Source of the DNA: Balamuthia mandrillaris
Taxonomy: Eukaryota
Assembly (NCBI GenBank): GCA_031835245.2
Contig: JAVKOQ020000064.1
Location: 186,001-222,028 of the forward strand
Length of the DNA: 36,028 bases
Reading direction: 5' to 3'
Of the stretch, positions 34,589 to 36,028 are shown piece by piece. Made by a program: the position numbers and the translations under genes. Under the pieces are notes generated by a model. It did no database searches, was not told where the DNA came from, and saw only the letters and a list, made by a program, of their open reading frames with translations. Every line of letters starts with the position of its first letter. Positions within the stretch are counted from its first letter, which is position 1.

Positions 34589-35153
34589 CTTTCTTGGTTT
34601 TCGGGCTCCCCCTTCGACTCTCGTTAGCTTTAACAGAAAAAGAAGGATGAAAAACACCACTTTTCCTGATCGTTTGGTGCCGAAAGTAAGCTAAAATACA
34701 AAACTCGTTTGAACAAAGAGCAACAATACTTCCACTCCGTTTAAACAACACAAAATAATACAACACAATGGACTCCGAAGAAACGGTTTGCGACCCGAGT
34801 ATCTCGAGCGTGGATTTCGCTGATTCTAGAGAATTGTGTCTGGCAACCAAGTTCCGGAAGAACCCTTTCCGACAACCCGATAAGGTAGGGTGTGGTCAAA
34901 TCCCAAAACGATTTGCTTTGTAAGGAAAACGCCGTTTCACCAAAGCGGGAAATGATTGGATGATTTTGGGAGGCATATTTTGTGTCGACAATCGGGACGA
35001 CGTGGGATTTTGTCGACATGAAGAGAGGAGAGGAGCGAGGAGACGAGACAGGAGAGAAGAGACACGAGATAAGAGAGACAAAGAGGAGAGAAACGAGGAG
35101 AAGAGAAGAGAAGCAGCAGAGAAGAAGTTTTTTGATGGTTTGTTTGCAGAGAG

Positions 35154-35908
35154 TTAAACAACTTTGGCCACTTTTCGAGACTCCACGACTTTGGTCTTTG
35201 GGCACTGCATCTGGTTCCAGCTTATTGGTATCATTGTGGAACCTTTTTTTTTTCCAGGACGTCCGGTTGTTAAGAGCAAAGGAAGAGGAAGAAAGGAGGA
35301 CGAGGAAGCAGGCAGAAAGTGAAAAGGAGAATAAGAAGAACAAGAAGTTACCGGCCATAGACGTGGCAAAGACAACGCCTAGCTCGTTCTTTGCTGTGGA
35401 CAAATAATAAGAACGAGAATCTCCCAAAGATATCTTTAACAAATGGTAGCAAAAGTCAGTCACTATCCTCTCCGCTTCTGCTGTGTGTGTTGGTTTTTTT
35501 TTAAAAAAACACGCACCACTTCAGCTCGTACAATGTCGCCAGGCCGGAAGGACTTGTATATCTCCACTTTGTCCACTTCTGTTGCTCTTACGTCTTGCGT
35601 TCTGGCCATTCGTTTATTCTTTGTTCAGTAACATTGGACAGAAAGAGAGAAGAAAGAGAGAGGGAAACAGAGAGAGAGAGAGAGAGAAGAGAGGAAAAGA
35701 GAGAGGAAGAGAGAGAGGAAGAGGAAAGAGAGAGAGAGAGAGAAGAGAGAGGAGGCATAGCAGCAGAAGAGAAAGATGAGAGAGAAAGAGAGAGAGAGGA
35801 AAAAAAATAAAAGCTGAACCTTATGATGCCTCTGAAAGTCTCTTTCAGGGCTTTGGAGCCAACACACAAAATGTCCACACTGGCAAACCTTGGGTTCACA
35901 CGTATGAC
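35154..35908 (-). CDS. CSL4: Exosome complex component CSL4/EXOSC1, 3' exons; the gene continues past the right edge
   Basis: Exons 35908-35820, 35601-35517, 35433-35352 and 35242-35154 join in frame: [55 protein letters not shown]...MIPISWNQMQCPKT...RKVAK. Confidence 0.93.
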
Positions 35909-35953
35909 CTTTTTTTGTGTTTGTTTAGATCAGAAGATGAAGCTGAAGTGAAA

Positions 35954-36003
<50 letters not shown>

Positions 36004-36028
36004 CAGTAGCAGACACAGAGGACGATTG

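Noticed and set aside
34741..35463. 240-aa minus-strand ORF
   Set aside because: It is one CSL4 exon plus intron, out-of-frame exon and intergenic sequence.

Overview
Gene-dense, intron-rich eukaryotic DNA full of microsatellites, with GT-AG introns whose 3' ends are A/AAC-rich. The gene content and repeat style suggest a free-living amoebozoan protist; this is an inference, not a database result. Recognisable genes, left to right: a CARMIL/LRRC16-like LRR protein (3' end off-window), a secreted cupredoxin, an oligopeptidase B/PREPL-like S9 peptidase, a Trm9/ALKBH8-type tRNA methyltransferase, neurochondrin, alanine aminotransferase, FAM21/WASHC2, a protein combining an atypical GATA finger with LRRs, a canonical GATA factor, and exosome subunit CSL4 (5' end off-window). 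The accessory core at about 8.0-15.9 kb holds three intronless paralogues, two intact and one pseudogene. Each has a variable-length array of 23-aa LRRs with hypervariable surface positions fused to a near-constant BC-box/cullin-box-like and Cys-rich tail, which makes them a candidate diversifying ubiquitin-ligase substrate-receptor family. The two intact copies lie in tandem duplications of the TRM9/neurochondrin 3' junction, and a perfect 52-bp-arm hairpin lies just upstream of the pseudogene. All exon boundaries were read by eye.
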